NCBI GenBank assembly: GCA_000934665.2
Contig: KZ538543.1
Span: 1 to 63,193 of the forward strand
DNA: 63,193 nt
DNA from: Catajapyx aquilonaris
Lineage: Eukaryota
Direction: 5' to 3'
The notes below the pieces were generated by a model that saw only the letters and a list, made by a program, of their open reading frames with translations, made no database searches and had not been told where the DNA came from. How positions within the stretch are numbered: the first letter of the stretch is position 1; each line of letters starts with the position of its first letter. The translations under genes were made by a program, and so were the position numbers. Shown here one piece after another: positions 13,401 through 27,299 of the stretch.

Positions 13401-16400
13401 GGGGACGCGTCCCCACAGTAATAGTGCCAAATACCGTGTGTATCGCTGTCGGAACCGAGAATTGTCCCCAGAGTCAGGTCCTGTCCCCGGAGTTACGGTA
13501 AAATCACCGATTTTGGTCCCCAGAGGTAATGGACCACAGGAACAACACTTCCAGGTTGTGTTAGTGCAATTTTAAGTTGATGTGTGTAGTGGCATACATT
13601 CAGTAGGACTCGTAGTATGTACAACAACGCTCGGTTTCTGGTTTAAACGTGGTATAGATTATGCGGAGTTGGAATACTGAAATATGCATGTGTTGGAGTA
13701 TTATAGAGAAACCGCTTACGGTTAGGAAATTGTGATGCATGTGTGATTTGCATTTACTGTTTTGAATTTCATGATGGCCTTATACTGCAAATCCTTTCCA
13801 GGGCCACAATAATCTGGTATTAAAATTTTCAATATAACGGTGCATTAAATGGATTTTATAGCATGCAGCATGACGTTGTACAACCAGAACGTTTGAAAAT
13901 CGGCCTAAAGACTTTTAGGTTAATGTACGCTCTGTTTAAAGCGGTTCATGCTTTGGTTCATGTATATCTAACAATGTATTGCTTCCGCCCGCGTATGCAA
14001 GATGCGTTCCTCTTGGCTCAGGTTTGCTTGACCACAAGTTGTATCTTTAATTTTCTAAGCAAGAATTTTATTTATGTTACCACATTAGATGGTGGATGAG
14101 CCCTTCTGGAGGGGGGGGGAGGGATTTCTACGCAAATGTTACACAACAATAGATTTATATAATATTCAGTATTGATGTTGTTATTGACTTTCGACACTAC
14201 GCTTTTAAACAGCTTTCAGAAGAACAGTGTGAAGCTATGTTAGGACGCTGTTATGCGTTGAACCAAAGTAGGCTATTGAAACATGGGGGTAAGTTACCAG
14301 AGGAAAATGTTAAAATACTTTAAAATACAATGTTTGAAAGGTAAAATTTTGGTATGTTACATTTTAAATGCCGAAGTCTGTTAGGGATCTAAGATTGCAA
14401 CAAGCTTATAAGGGGCCAGTAAGAATATTAAGGTGGGAGTTGATAAGGAGTAGGTATATAGGTCTATTATTATGAAGTTACGGCCATATCATAACCTGTG
14501 ACGTGTTACACCTAATACGGTTTCAAGAATTTTGTCAGAGAGAGAAGAAATAAAACGTCGATTTCTATAATGATGAAATTATACACGCTTGTAAGCATTA
14601 TAGCAGATACGATAGAAGTGGATAATATTCAGGCAGACAGGTGTGTAGAACGTATGCAAAAGTTTGCTCACCTCCGCATCGGTAAAAAAAATCTGCTTAC
14701 TCTAATTTCCACTCGCTCCTGTCGAGTTTCACCTTCAATTTAGTCAGCGGGTTAAACACATCGTTTGAAAACCCAGTGCTCTTCGACAGTTTGTATGATT
14801 CTATACTCAAACTGAAAGGAACTAGTGGAAATGAGTGTCAGCGAGAATTTTACGTATTGCGTATGTGACCTAACCTAAGAAACACGCAATATGTGAACAT
14901 TTGTTGGTAAAGCTTCCGTAACAAATACTGCACTCTCTACATGTACACAGCGTATATATATGCAGTTTAATAAATAATTATACGTGACTGTAAGAGTCCG
15001 TTTGTACTGTACATGTCTCCATGCCACACATAATTTTTCCATATGGATTAACATTATATCTATAGTTCCCCCCATACGCTTGTCCGTTTCGGTGTACTAA
15101 CACACCCTTATTTAATCTATACACCACTGAATATTTGTCCAGAATTCTGAATCAACTTTTGTGGAACTGGAAGGATTCACTGGTATTATGGTAAGGTAAA
15201 CCTATCCATTTATATACCATCTTGAGAAAAAAAATACGGATTTTGGGTTCTGCTTATAATACCCAAAAGAAAAAATCGAATTGAAAAATTGAAGTGAATT
15301 TTCCTATCATGTAGCATCTTGACCCTTTTGTGACACCTTCAGCCCAATTTGTGACACCTGTTTTTGTCCATTTTATGATGCCTATTGTTTCTTTCTGAAT
15401 TTTTTAATTTTAATTTTAATTGTGAAAACCAGTTTTTTCGGTCTACGTATGACGGCGGTTCTGGATTTTGTCCGAGTCTGCCTCACTCTATCACTGATGA
15501 TTTTATGCCTCTTTTTGTATGTACATTGTACTCCCTATTATCCGTGTTGCGGATTATCCGTGCATTGGCAAAAAGTTAAGTTAGAAATAAAAGTCCAAAA
15601 AATGTCAGTGTGTCTCGATAACGCGTGAAATACCAAATCCTTACAACCTAACATCTTATTTATGACAGAGGGTGTCATGAATAATATTATATTGGATCCG
15701 ATCATCGTAAACGACTGAAAAGGCTATTCATCGAATGTTCCTTTTAGATCCTTTTCATAATCATAAAACTATTACAATATGATTGGAAATGTAACAATTC
15801 GAATGTAAATAAACACTATTTCTAAGGGTGTCATCAATTGGCAAATGACAGATTTCAGTACCCAATTTCTGACACCCACACTAACTCTTTAAATGCATCG
15901 GTATACGATTAGAGCAAACATTCACAAGAGGAAAAGGACATCTGCAATTACTAATTGTAACCTTCAAACTGTTTCCTCATTTAAAAATAAACGTGTAAAA
16001 AATTTCGAAACGAAACTGTGCTCTTAACGGAATTGGCTCTTTTCACCCCATATTGCACTGTGACTGTGCACCACTTGGCACTCTAATTTATTTCTTGAGA
16101 ACCAAATCGCCACTGACCTTCACCTCACTACAGGTTGTTAAATAAGAATAGGAGGTGCTGCCAAAGGGGTTAATTACTATGCTACATGTTTTGAATTCTT
16201 GTTATTTAACTTCTTCCATAGGTGGTCATAAATTGGGCCAGAAAAATGGGGTGGGGGGGGGGGCACAAATTGGTACATTTACCTTATACTTATGTTTGAC
16301 GTTGACTTTTGTTCGGATTCCATATTTAGTTCCATGTTAGTTACTCTTACGGAAATTCCGGGCTATTAGTTAGGGATTATTTATCAGGGATATTAGTTAC

Positions 16401-19400
16401 TGTAAAATTTAATATATTGCATAAATACAAGGTGTCAATTTCGAAGACATTTAGGGACTTAGGCCTGAAATTATGTAGAACGTAAAACCTACGTACCATT
16501 TTGGCTCGCATGTGGCTTATGGAATAAAAATTTTCAACTGAACTAGTAATCCTACATAAATTACCTTGCCACTCATAGTTTTATTATTTTGCTTTAATAA
16601 TGATTATAATTTAGAAATAATGTGAGAATGGTTACACATAATTATTAGAAGGGTATTGCGATTTGCATAGGCCTCGTAGACGTCGTATTTGCCTATACCA
16701 TCTTTGGTTTTACATAAAGACTGAAAATACAGCTTTCTTAAAAGCAAGTCGTGCACCTTTTTCTTTCTCATGAACCTCATTACTAGCAATTCAGTGTAAT
16801 TGACATAAGCAAAAAAAATCCGAACCATCAGTTGGTCCACGCCTGATTACTTGTATAAAAACGCGGCATGAGGTATAGGTTCAGACAAATCAGCAGTATA
16901 GGCGTCTGGAAAGAACCCCATCCCAATATTCCTTTCAAGTTGAAAGTTGCTTTGATGGCAGTGTCCAAGTTCAGATTACCCACAGGACTGACGTTATATA
17001 AGCGATGTTACGTAAGAGCTATACAAAATATGATCCTCCCACTCGGATATACAGGGTGCATCAGAAGTCGGTGTCTATTTTTTATTTCCGAATAACTTTC
17101 CAACGAGTACACCTATACGGGACTACGGAAGGCAAACATGATTCAAAATGTGCGTGAATACATGAGAATTTATCTGGGTAACACTTTGCTACTGCGGCAC
17201 TGCTAAGCGAGCGCAGTTTTACACTTCTTCCGCGGTGGCTCTGTTAGCGGGTGCAGGTTGACACTTCTTGCCGTGGTGGCGCTAATAATGGGGGCAGATG
17301 TGAACAAAATGTCGGACCACCTCTCTCGCTCTTCTGTGATGTCACAGGCCAGCCCCAGAACACACCGGCCCCATTCGTATGTCACAGCCAGGGGGTCCGA
17401 CATTTTGTTCACAGCTATACCCCCGCTTTATCAGCGCTACCACGTCAAAGTGTCAGCCTGCATCCGCTAACAGCAGTACCACGGAAGAAGTGTAAAGCTG
17501 CGCTCGCTAGCAGTGCCACAGTAGCACTGTGTCACCCAGATAAATTCTCATGAATTCCCGCACATTTTGAATCATGTTTGACTTCTGTATGTGTACTCAT
17601 TGAAAAGTTATTCGGAAAAAAATAGGCACCGACTTCTGATTACACCCTGTATGGACAGGTAGATTCTCGATGGTGGCGCCATTGGCGGTCTAAAGCGCAA
17701 GTTCTGGCAGGAAACTGTGTATGCGGCCAGTGGGGTCGGAACGTCCGAAAGAGTGGCAGAATGTTTCGCTTCTGGCAGGGAAGATGCCATTTACGGTGCT
17801 GATACTACATCCCTTCCTGAACGTTTATAGCCCCAGACCCCAAGTGTTTAGGCTCTAATTAGCCAGTAATTAATTCATCAAAATGGCGGTCATCAAGAAT
17901 AATATATTTCGGAATACCGCTCTTATTCATAGCTATTTATCATGTATGTCATGTTATTTTCACACACGTTGGAGTGTAAAACTCCATCGAAATATTAAAT
18001 AATTTTAGTGCCATTTAACCATTATAACATTAAATATGGCCGCCAAAAGTCGGATAATAAACTTTTCAGCTACATGCTTGGTATGAAATCATATGTCTTT
18101 GAGGGTGCAGAATTCAGTGGTGGTACAGAAAATAGTACCAGACAATCCCAGAAGTAATACAGTGAAACCTGTCTATAACGGACCCTACTTGTAGCGAAAA
18201 CTTGTCCCTTACAGAAAATTTTTAGGGTCTCGATTCTGCTCTACATAGCCACACACAGCCACCACCAGATACTTGGGGATGGAAAAAATCTATTTGCGGC
18301 TGCTGTGGTATACCAGGGTCAACCATTGCAGATGTCGCGGAAACCTCGGAAGAGCTGATCGCAAGTGGACCCTGCAAGAAACGGTGCTCTTTATGTAAAT
18401 TCGCGAAAAACTTGTTTTTTCAATGTAGCTACCCTGTTACGCCCATGTGAAGGTCGATGTTCAAAAAATGATGTATACGAATGGTTCTGATTGCATTACC
18501 CAGTGGTCGGATGGGATGCTCGGACGAATTTTTTTAAAACTATAAACACACCTTATCTTTCTAAAATGCACATTAGCTGCTGTATAATATTAATTCCACT
18601 TCTCGTGTCTGACGGTCTGTGTAAAATGAAAACATAGGTACATCTTTTCAAAGAGTTTATTACTATGAAATCTGTGTAGCCTATAGCAGAATCGAGACCC
18701 TAAAAATTTTCCGTGATGGACAGGTTTACGCTATAAGCAGGGTCCGTTATAGACAGGCTTCACTGTATTACTTCTGGAATTGTCTGGTACTATTTTCGGT
18801 GCCACCACTGAATTCTGCACCCTCAAAAACACATGATTTCATACCAAACATGACCATGTAGCTGAAAAGTTTATTTTCCGACTTTTGGCGGCCTTATTTA
18901 ATGCTATAATGATAAAATGACAATTTAAAATTATTTAATATTTCGATGGAGTTTTACACTACAACGTATGTGAAAATAACATGTCATACATGATAAATAG
19001 CTGTAAATAAGAGTGGAATTCCGCAATATATATTTCCTGAATACCACCATTTTGATGAATTAATTACGGGCTAATTAGAGCCTTATAACTTGTGGTCTGG
19101 GGCTATTTACGTTCAGGAAGGGATGTAGTATCAGCACAGTAAATGGCATCTTCTCTGCCAGAAGTGAAACATTATTGTGACTTCCGACCCCACTGTGTGA
19201 GCCAAGCACGAGTCGCCCTTCTTTCCTGTAAAAACTGCACTTTCCGGCCGCTAGACGGTTCCACCGTCTGAGAATCTACCTGTCCTATACACCCACCCCA
19301 CCCACCCTTATACTGGGTGATATGACACCCTTATAGTAATTAGCACTTTTGGACTGAAATGCTTATGTTTATGCAGTTACTTTTAGGGGTTATCCAAAAT

Positions 19401-22400
19401 CGGCAAAAATGTTAAATGCATTGGAAACCCCCATGTTTGGTCGCTGACGATAATCGCACCCCTGGTCAGAGCACAGGAAAATAGCATAACTTAAGTGGTT
19501 CTGCAGGCCAAAAATGGCGATCTATGCAGCCAGTTTGTGGGGAAGGAAACGGTATACCAGGGAAACTCCCTTTGTGGGTATAGAAACATAAACCAAAGGA
19601 AGATAAAACCTCGGCATATTTCTGGTCATATCCTCTCTTTTTGGACCAAAAAACACTCCCAGAGGCCGTGAAACTGGTCCTCAGATATGTTTTGCATGGA
19701 ACCTAGTCCAATCAGCTAATAGCTATGATGATCCGTAAAGTAACTGTTCCAAAGTAGCTGCTTAAGTATGAGAGACTTAGTCCCCAAAAAATAGCTAATC
19801 ACCAAGGGCATTTCAATTGGAACATCCTACCACCTGATTTCTTGAGCAGCAATGAACTTTAATTCCAGTTTTACCTGACGCCATGTTCCCTCTCATATCT
19901 CGAGTGCCAATTAAGGTTTGAATCATCAAGAGGCTTTTAATTAACTCTGTAGCCAGATAAGAGTACTCTTACCTTCTGGCATAAATGAGGAAGCAATCTT
20001 GCAACCCGAATATGGCGAGCCTAACCGCAGATAAACCCAGTTTGGAAGTCCAAGACTTAAATCATACATTGCCAATTATTGCAAATCCATTTAAACCTCG
20101 ACCAGGGTTTATTTTTCATGTAGAAATTTAAACTGCTTTGCACGGATTTTATAACGGATTTAAACTTGTCTTTATTGTGTCTCTAAAATTGGATGTTAAA
20201 TTGTGGCTCAAAGTACAAAGTGTATAATCTAAAATATCTTTACATAGAAAGTTGAATTTGTAATCACGCAGTTACTTATTCCTTTTTAATTTTGTAGAAA
20301 CTATTTATTTGCACAAAATTAAATGACACTTCTAATCGTACATTGACGTCTCCACCCATAGATGACGTAGAATATCTTGTTATGAACCAATTAATTAGGT
20401 GGCAGTACTGATTACACAGTATGGGGAGTACCATTCTTACCCCGGACTATACTGCTGTCATATATAAAAACGTCACATCTGCACATTGCGATAAGGTCTC
20501 TTGTCCCTGGCAACTCAAATGGAAACACTACCTTATCGCCATGTGTAAATGCGACGCTGGTCGGTAGGGCGGAAGCATAGATTCAGAATGTATACGACAC
20601 TGCATTATCCATCTAAGCTCAGGCCCCCACCCTATCGGTTCAGGGTAGCCTATACAGTATACTCCTGTTACGTCGCGTCGCGTCGCGTCGTCCCTATAAT
20701 TGCTGGTTGATATAGGTGGTGTCGGAAGGAGTGAATTGTAATGTGGCGGGCCATCAGCGTTAGATATAATAGGGCTTTTTTTACATTTAAAAATATCATT
20801 TATACTGTAGGCTATCTCAGAATTGTGTTATCATGTGAACAGATTAGATCAAGTTGAAAAATGCACATTATAATCAGAGTTAATTTATTCAACTTATTCA
20901 TTATCATTTTAGTACCGGTACTCAGTTGCCTCAGTTGCCTTGTTTCTTACTCTAGAGCACGAAAACAATCATGGTGATTCACAAAATAATCTCATGTCCC
21001 AATTATAATAATTATAATTTTATGCACTTTTTGCCATTTTGAAGTTTCATGCTGCACACATTTGTGTATGGTGATTACTCGCTGTGCATATAAGATTTTG
21101 TGAAGTACCGTATAACTGTGGAAAGTTGGACTGTGGAGTGGAGCAAAGCAAAAAACTTACCTACCTTAGGCTACTTCATGATAATCAATATGAAGTATAG
21201 ATATAATGTTGAAAATGTATGACTCCACTGCCTATAGGAACATTTTGTATGCGACGCTTCACATTAAAAAAAAGTACGAGCACATTGGAAATTAATGGAA
21301 TCACATTTTATCTCTTTCTGTTCCTGAATTGTCCCGGGTTTGTCAGACCATTATAGCGTACACTATTTTTCCTTTCAGATGACCCCGTAAGAATAAAGTA
21401 TGGATGGGTCAAGTCGGGAGATCTTAATGGTGACCACAATGCTTTCAAAATTATGCAGTTTTTAAGGAATTTGTATTAATTCGCATATCCACTCTAACAT
21501 ACATTTCCTATGTTCAAACTCTTCGCAGTTATTTCACAAAAACAAGGAGGAGCGAGTGAATCACCCTGTATTTTTGCTTTGAGCTTACAACCAACAGAAA
21601 CCTGGAATTGGCTAAACAAATCGCATACCGGTAGCGTATCATACCCCTTGGTATGCTCTACCCCTATTTACATACTACAAGCACGATTTAGATGAAGACT
21701 TCCGCACACTTGTTTTTCTCTCCCTGTTGACCACACCAAAATTGCAGAGAGTCTCAGTTATCAGTACTTCATTAATTTGAACTTATGAATCCATCCACAT
21801 GATGTGTTTTTTATCACAATTTGCGATGTTTTTCTGCTACAGGCATATGGCGTATTTTTCCCGTCATACCCACAGGTGTTTGTTCTGTCAGTGACTCACA
21901 CAGACCAGCACTGATGGGGACGTATGCAGCTATTCCGCAAATCAATGCTAATTAATCAACTTGACTATTTACACTGCACTTTCATTTCCTGTAACATTCG
22001 ATATTTTTCTCCCTTGCCCCCGCTCTGCTCCCAGCTTCCGTATTATCCGGATTTTTATTATCCAGAGACCGTTAATCGGGATAATGAAGATATTTGCTGT
22101 ACTGTAATAATGCTTTGCCTTAGGAAGGGAAAAATATAGTGACCCTCAGGAGTGTAAGCATGGTGGGATGAAGTCCAGGCAACTGAACTGAAATCATTCC
22201 GTGGACCAATCAGAAACGCCTACTCACTGAATAACACAATAATTACCGTATTTTTAGATTTGATATGTATGCTTCCATATAATGATGAAATTTGAATTAT
22301 TACTTCCTAATATTTATCAACAACTGATGACTGAAAAGAAATCACTCGGATTCATGCCATCGCTCATTATGGTGTGGTATCACTAGGTTGCAATAATAAC

Positions 22401-23110
22401 TTATTTTCGGGTGTGCTACCTGGCATATAGATGTCATCCTTTCAATCACCCTGGATTTGTTCAGACTGATATACATGTTAGTTGGTTCATGGGTTATATT
22501 ATGGGCATAGATATTTGACTCGAAGTAATCTCATTACCAGAGTACTTGATAATCATTATTCATAACCAATTAACAAAGGAGAATCTGGAAAGACGTAGCC
22601 CAGTGTTTATGACGCAGCAAGTCAGACGGATATAGGGATTGCCACCATCACATAATTATCTTGAAATTGACTGGAGGAACCACTCGGAAAATATAATGAC
22701 TATCAACACTAGAGCTATAGGAATAGCATTAACATTTGCATCTGCAACTATGCCTCGCTGCAGATGCAACTATGCAAATACTGTCGCGAGGTCCTGAATT
22801 TTTTAGGTGAATGGTGTGTTCAACGACCGGTTTCACCCTGAATCACAATAATTTTTTGTGAAAGTTGTTGCTAATGATGTCTCTTGAAAATGAAAAACTC
22901 AGTTATTCATAATATTATCAGAGTTCTCAAAATCTGGGTTTGAACAACAGGCGATTTTGTAAAATTTTACAATTATTTACGTTGATACAAACTGCGCCAA
23001 AAGTGTAAACCTTGAATCAAGTGAGAATTATGCGATTTTCCTTAATTTCAACATTACTGAAATCTGCAAAGAGTATGTTATGCACAAGGACTTGTTGTAT
23101 ATAATTATAG

Positions 23111-23175
<65 letters not shown>

Positions 23176-26100
23176 CAACATACAGAGGTTAGACAAAATA
23201 TCACTGAGGAACACCTGCAAAAAGCGGTTGAAACTTCGCGTCTGTTTTATTCGAAAACCGAAAATGCAGATGACGCAAAAAACCTGAGAGGGGGAGAGAA
23301 ACAAAAGACGAACGACACTCCCTCCCAGACCCTATTTTTGACCAATGTGTTCCACGCTTGTCATTTGAAAACCAAAACAGTTACGGATGTGAACTTTACT
23401 GGGTTTTGAAGCTCTGTCGATTTCACTTTGTGAGGTATAGAGATGTAGCTTACCAATAATCACGCGAGGGGGCGAGGTAAAAAAGAGAAATGGCACCCCC
23501 CTCCCCGACACTGCTCTCAAGAATATGAGTAATATTTAATTAGAAAACCAAAACAGTTGCAGAAGTGATCTGCACTCGGTTTTGAAGGTCTATTTATGTC
23601 ACTTTGTGGTATATACATGGCTAAAATCCGTTGTTTTGTCCAACACACGGTACAATCATCCTATTCTTTAAATCAGTGCTGGGGGTGGGGGGTTTCGTTT
23701 CGCTTCGTTTCGTCCCCCCCGCCTCCTTGTGTGATTATTACTGGTCCATCTCTATACCTCACAAAATGAAATCGATAGAGATTCAAAACCCAGTAAAGTT
23801 CATATCCGTAACTATTTAGGTTTTCAAATGACAAGCCTGGAACACTTTGGTCAAAAATGGGGTGTTGGGGGGGGGGGGTCGTTCGTTTTTTGTTTCTTTC
23901 CCCCTCTCGTGATTTTTGCGCCATCTACACCCCCCCCCCCCACACACACACACACAGGCGCGCATTCCTATCCTTGTGAGGTTTTTCCAAAATTTAAAAT
24001 TTAAAACTAACCTAACCTAACCTAACCTACAAGGAAACACGAAATTTTGGTGAAATATATTTTTACTGTCTTTATGAGGTATTGTTTCGATTTTACCCTA
24101 TCCTTGTGAGGCGTGTGTTCACTATGAGGTACAGGAATACTACCTCGTAATGACAAAATTTCTCACAAGGATAGGAAAAACGCGTCAAAAATTCCTCACA
24201 AGGACAGCAAGACGCGTCCACCCATACACCCACACACACACACTCTCTTGTCTTGACTAAGGCGTGGGGACGGACATTGATCACTTTTCACTGCGAGTGT
24301 AAACTGATCTAACCTAACCTAACCTAACCTTACCTAACCTAACCTAACCTAACCTATCCTACCTAACCTACCCTACCCTAAGTAACCTAGGCTGAGAAAA
24401 ATGGACTTTTGTGAAAACCTACAAATGAAAATAGTGGGGACATGTCCCCACTAATTTACACATGTCCCCACTGTAATGGTACACTTCGCGTGTGTGAGAC
24501 TGTGGGGACCGACAAATGTCCCCACAATTGGAACTGGTCCCCACAGCTACAGTAAAACCACAGACTTCCGTCCCCACACCTTAGTCAAGACCTGATCACA
24601 TATATATACATACAGTACATCGACGGAGATTCAAAAGCTGGTAAAAGTCATCTTTGTAACTTTTCCTGTTTTTGAATAAAACAGACGCGACGTTTCAACC
24701 GCATTTTGCAGGTGTTCCTATTATTTTTTGTCTAACCCTTGTATAGTGTACAGTATATGAATTTCCCTAATATATCCTCCATGGGAATCGGCAAGCATTA
24801 CCGGTACTGAATATTTCATCACAAAATTATTTTAAATTACTAAATCACAATAAAATAAAACATTTTGCTCGCCTTTAAAGCTATATAGAATACAATATCG
24901 CAACATTCAAACCCGGATTTTTAGAACTGCAACATTAATATGGAAAAAAAACCGTTTTACTTTTCAATAGATATTATTAGCGGCAGCGATCACCGCCACT
25001 ACAAGCGATTACTATCGACCGTGCTCATTAATTTAAATTTCACCGATTAGTGTGAATGGCAGACATAATGTAATGCAGTGTTCATAATTATGGCTGGACG
25101 AGAGATTCTTATTCGTGTGGCACGTCTCTTGAGGAAGTGTCAGGGAGGGATTACCGAACATCCCACTTGAATCCGTTTTTATTACCAAGCATTAGGGATG
25201 TGGATACAATGGCTCAAAGGAAATCCGTCAGCTTTCTCTCGGGGCCGGGAGAACTAGTGCAGAATTTGCATTTCATGATGATGGGATTTGCAATCATTCG
25301 AGCGACTTCTCTAACTGTTGCAATTCAAAGCTTTTGAATTATTTTAATCATGAATGAAAGGTGGAAATTACATCAAATATTTGCATTTTGCACCGATTTA
25401 TGTAATGTGTAATGTGTGATAGGCTTATGTAACTTTCTAGAGTTATACATGTATGCGATTTCTTCAGGATTGATACCGTAATAAGCAGTACCGGTAGTCA
25501 AACACATCCATGTTGAAAAACAGAAAAAAGCATACTACTATTACTCTCATGTCCTTTTAGCTTTAAATGTCTCCAGAAGGCAGGAATTTACATAGAATAC
25601 AATAGAGTCTATTACAGTATGTTAATATATTAGGCTGGTGATTTATAGTTAAATTTACACTTAGGGAAATTTTATGAACACTGTTAATTATGCATTGGTG
25701 GGAAAATAATGGCAAAGAAAAGGGTAAAATTTGCAGTATAGCCTACATTGGTGACTGTTTTGTTATGGCAAACTTATTCTGTGGGCTACCACAGCCTGAC
25801 CGAGGCGGCATCATACCACATGAAAGCCACTGTACTTCACTGAAGTCGATATGTGGCGTCATATATCATAATAGGGAACCGCAAATTTTTCATCTTCACT
25901 AGTGAACGTGATCTACGGTATGTCGACAAATCGTACTTATTACAGAAAAAAACATTTGTCATTGATTTTAAAAGGCCCAATACTACAGAAGTGACAGCTT
26001 ACTAAATTGTGCATTTTTTCAAGTTTTTAACCACATACTGTTGAGTGTTGACTCTAATGAATGTTCTCTGCTCGTCGTTGAACCAGTTTTTGAAAGTAAA

Positions 26101-27211
26101 TAACGATTATTCATTATTCTTGTGACTACGAGATACAAAATGTGACGAAAGTTATGCGGGTAATAACACAATAAACCTACATTCAGAGAATTGTGCATAG
26201 TCTGTGCTTTCGGTTGATTTACCGCTCAATTTTCCACGTTGCGCTGTCACTTAGTTCAGGAACGAATAGAAAACGTTTTTTGTCCTGCCACATCCGACGG
26301 ATGATTGTGGATCTAAGTTTTTCTGCAGGTATATGCAAATAATACACCTTCAGAATAAACATACGAGCTTAATTTTTTTACGGAACTTTAAAATACAAGT
26401 TTTTACGAATATCACTCCATTGTCCTTATTGTAAGTTGATTGCAACTTAATTGCCTCTAAAAAGAAATCATTGCCTACAGAATTTAGATGCCAATTGGGA
26501 GGCAAATAAAGTTTTTATTCCTTATTAGTTGAGCACGCTGTTAGAATTATTACGCACGGGTGGCACTGAACTTTCATCAATTTATTCGCAAAATGTTTTC
26601 AAAAAATGAAGCAAAGTTCGAACTGCTGTAAAGAAGAATTTATCGATCACTGAACTTTCGTCCGTTTTTCTGAGACTATTCTTTGAAAACCGGCAGCCGC
26701 CATCCAAGCGTCTCTTTTTTGCAATTTTTCCCCCTCGTGGTTTTTGGCTAAGCAATTTTTATATAAAAAGTTTGACCCTGCAACATTATGTCCAGCGACG
26801 TTTATTGTAACTATGACAGGATGAAACTCAGAAAATACACCATCCGTGACCTCAGAAAGTGACTTGACGAAAGTTTCTTGTAAACTAAAAACTACACGAG
26901 ACAAACATTGCATAGGGCTGTTGAGTACATTAGTGGCTCAAAGATTCTGATTCTGATTCGGAAGCAACCTACATCCTGCAATGCAACAAGCAACCTGCAC
27001 CAAATACGCCAACTAACCGTCGTATATTAACTTACATGTGTTTGCTTTAATGATAAAATACATTGTTTAACGGTAAGTGGATATTTTTACAATAAGTAGA
27101 ATAAATGGATGTTAAATAATATGCACTACGGTTTTTTCAAAACTTTTATGCTTCTTTCGTTGAAATAAATAGGTACGGTACCGTAATTAATACATAGCTG
27201 CTGTACATGGA

Positions 27212-27299
<88 letters not shown>

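Larger units (their letters stand above)
22850..24990. mobile_element. Large degenerate foldback element, right arm interrupted; boundaries approximate
   Basis: Concentric inverted matches: ~22860-22945 with ~24905-24990, ~23190-23265 with ~24660-24737, and ~23335-23447 with ~23747-23858. Confidence 0.75.

Noticed and set aside
17052..19285. Repeats as a CRISPR array or other prokaryotic system
   Set aside because: The repeats are inverted arms, not direct repeats with unique spacers. No cas or operon-like ORFs are present and the DNA is clearly spliceosomal eukaryotic.
23017..23409. Low-complexity ORFs (poly-ER/SL here; also poly-G/L at 5.2 kb, poly-I at 27207, poly-C at 28344, poly-Y at 32400)
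   Set aside because: Open frames caused by microsatellites.
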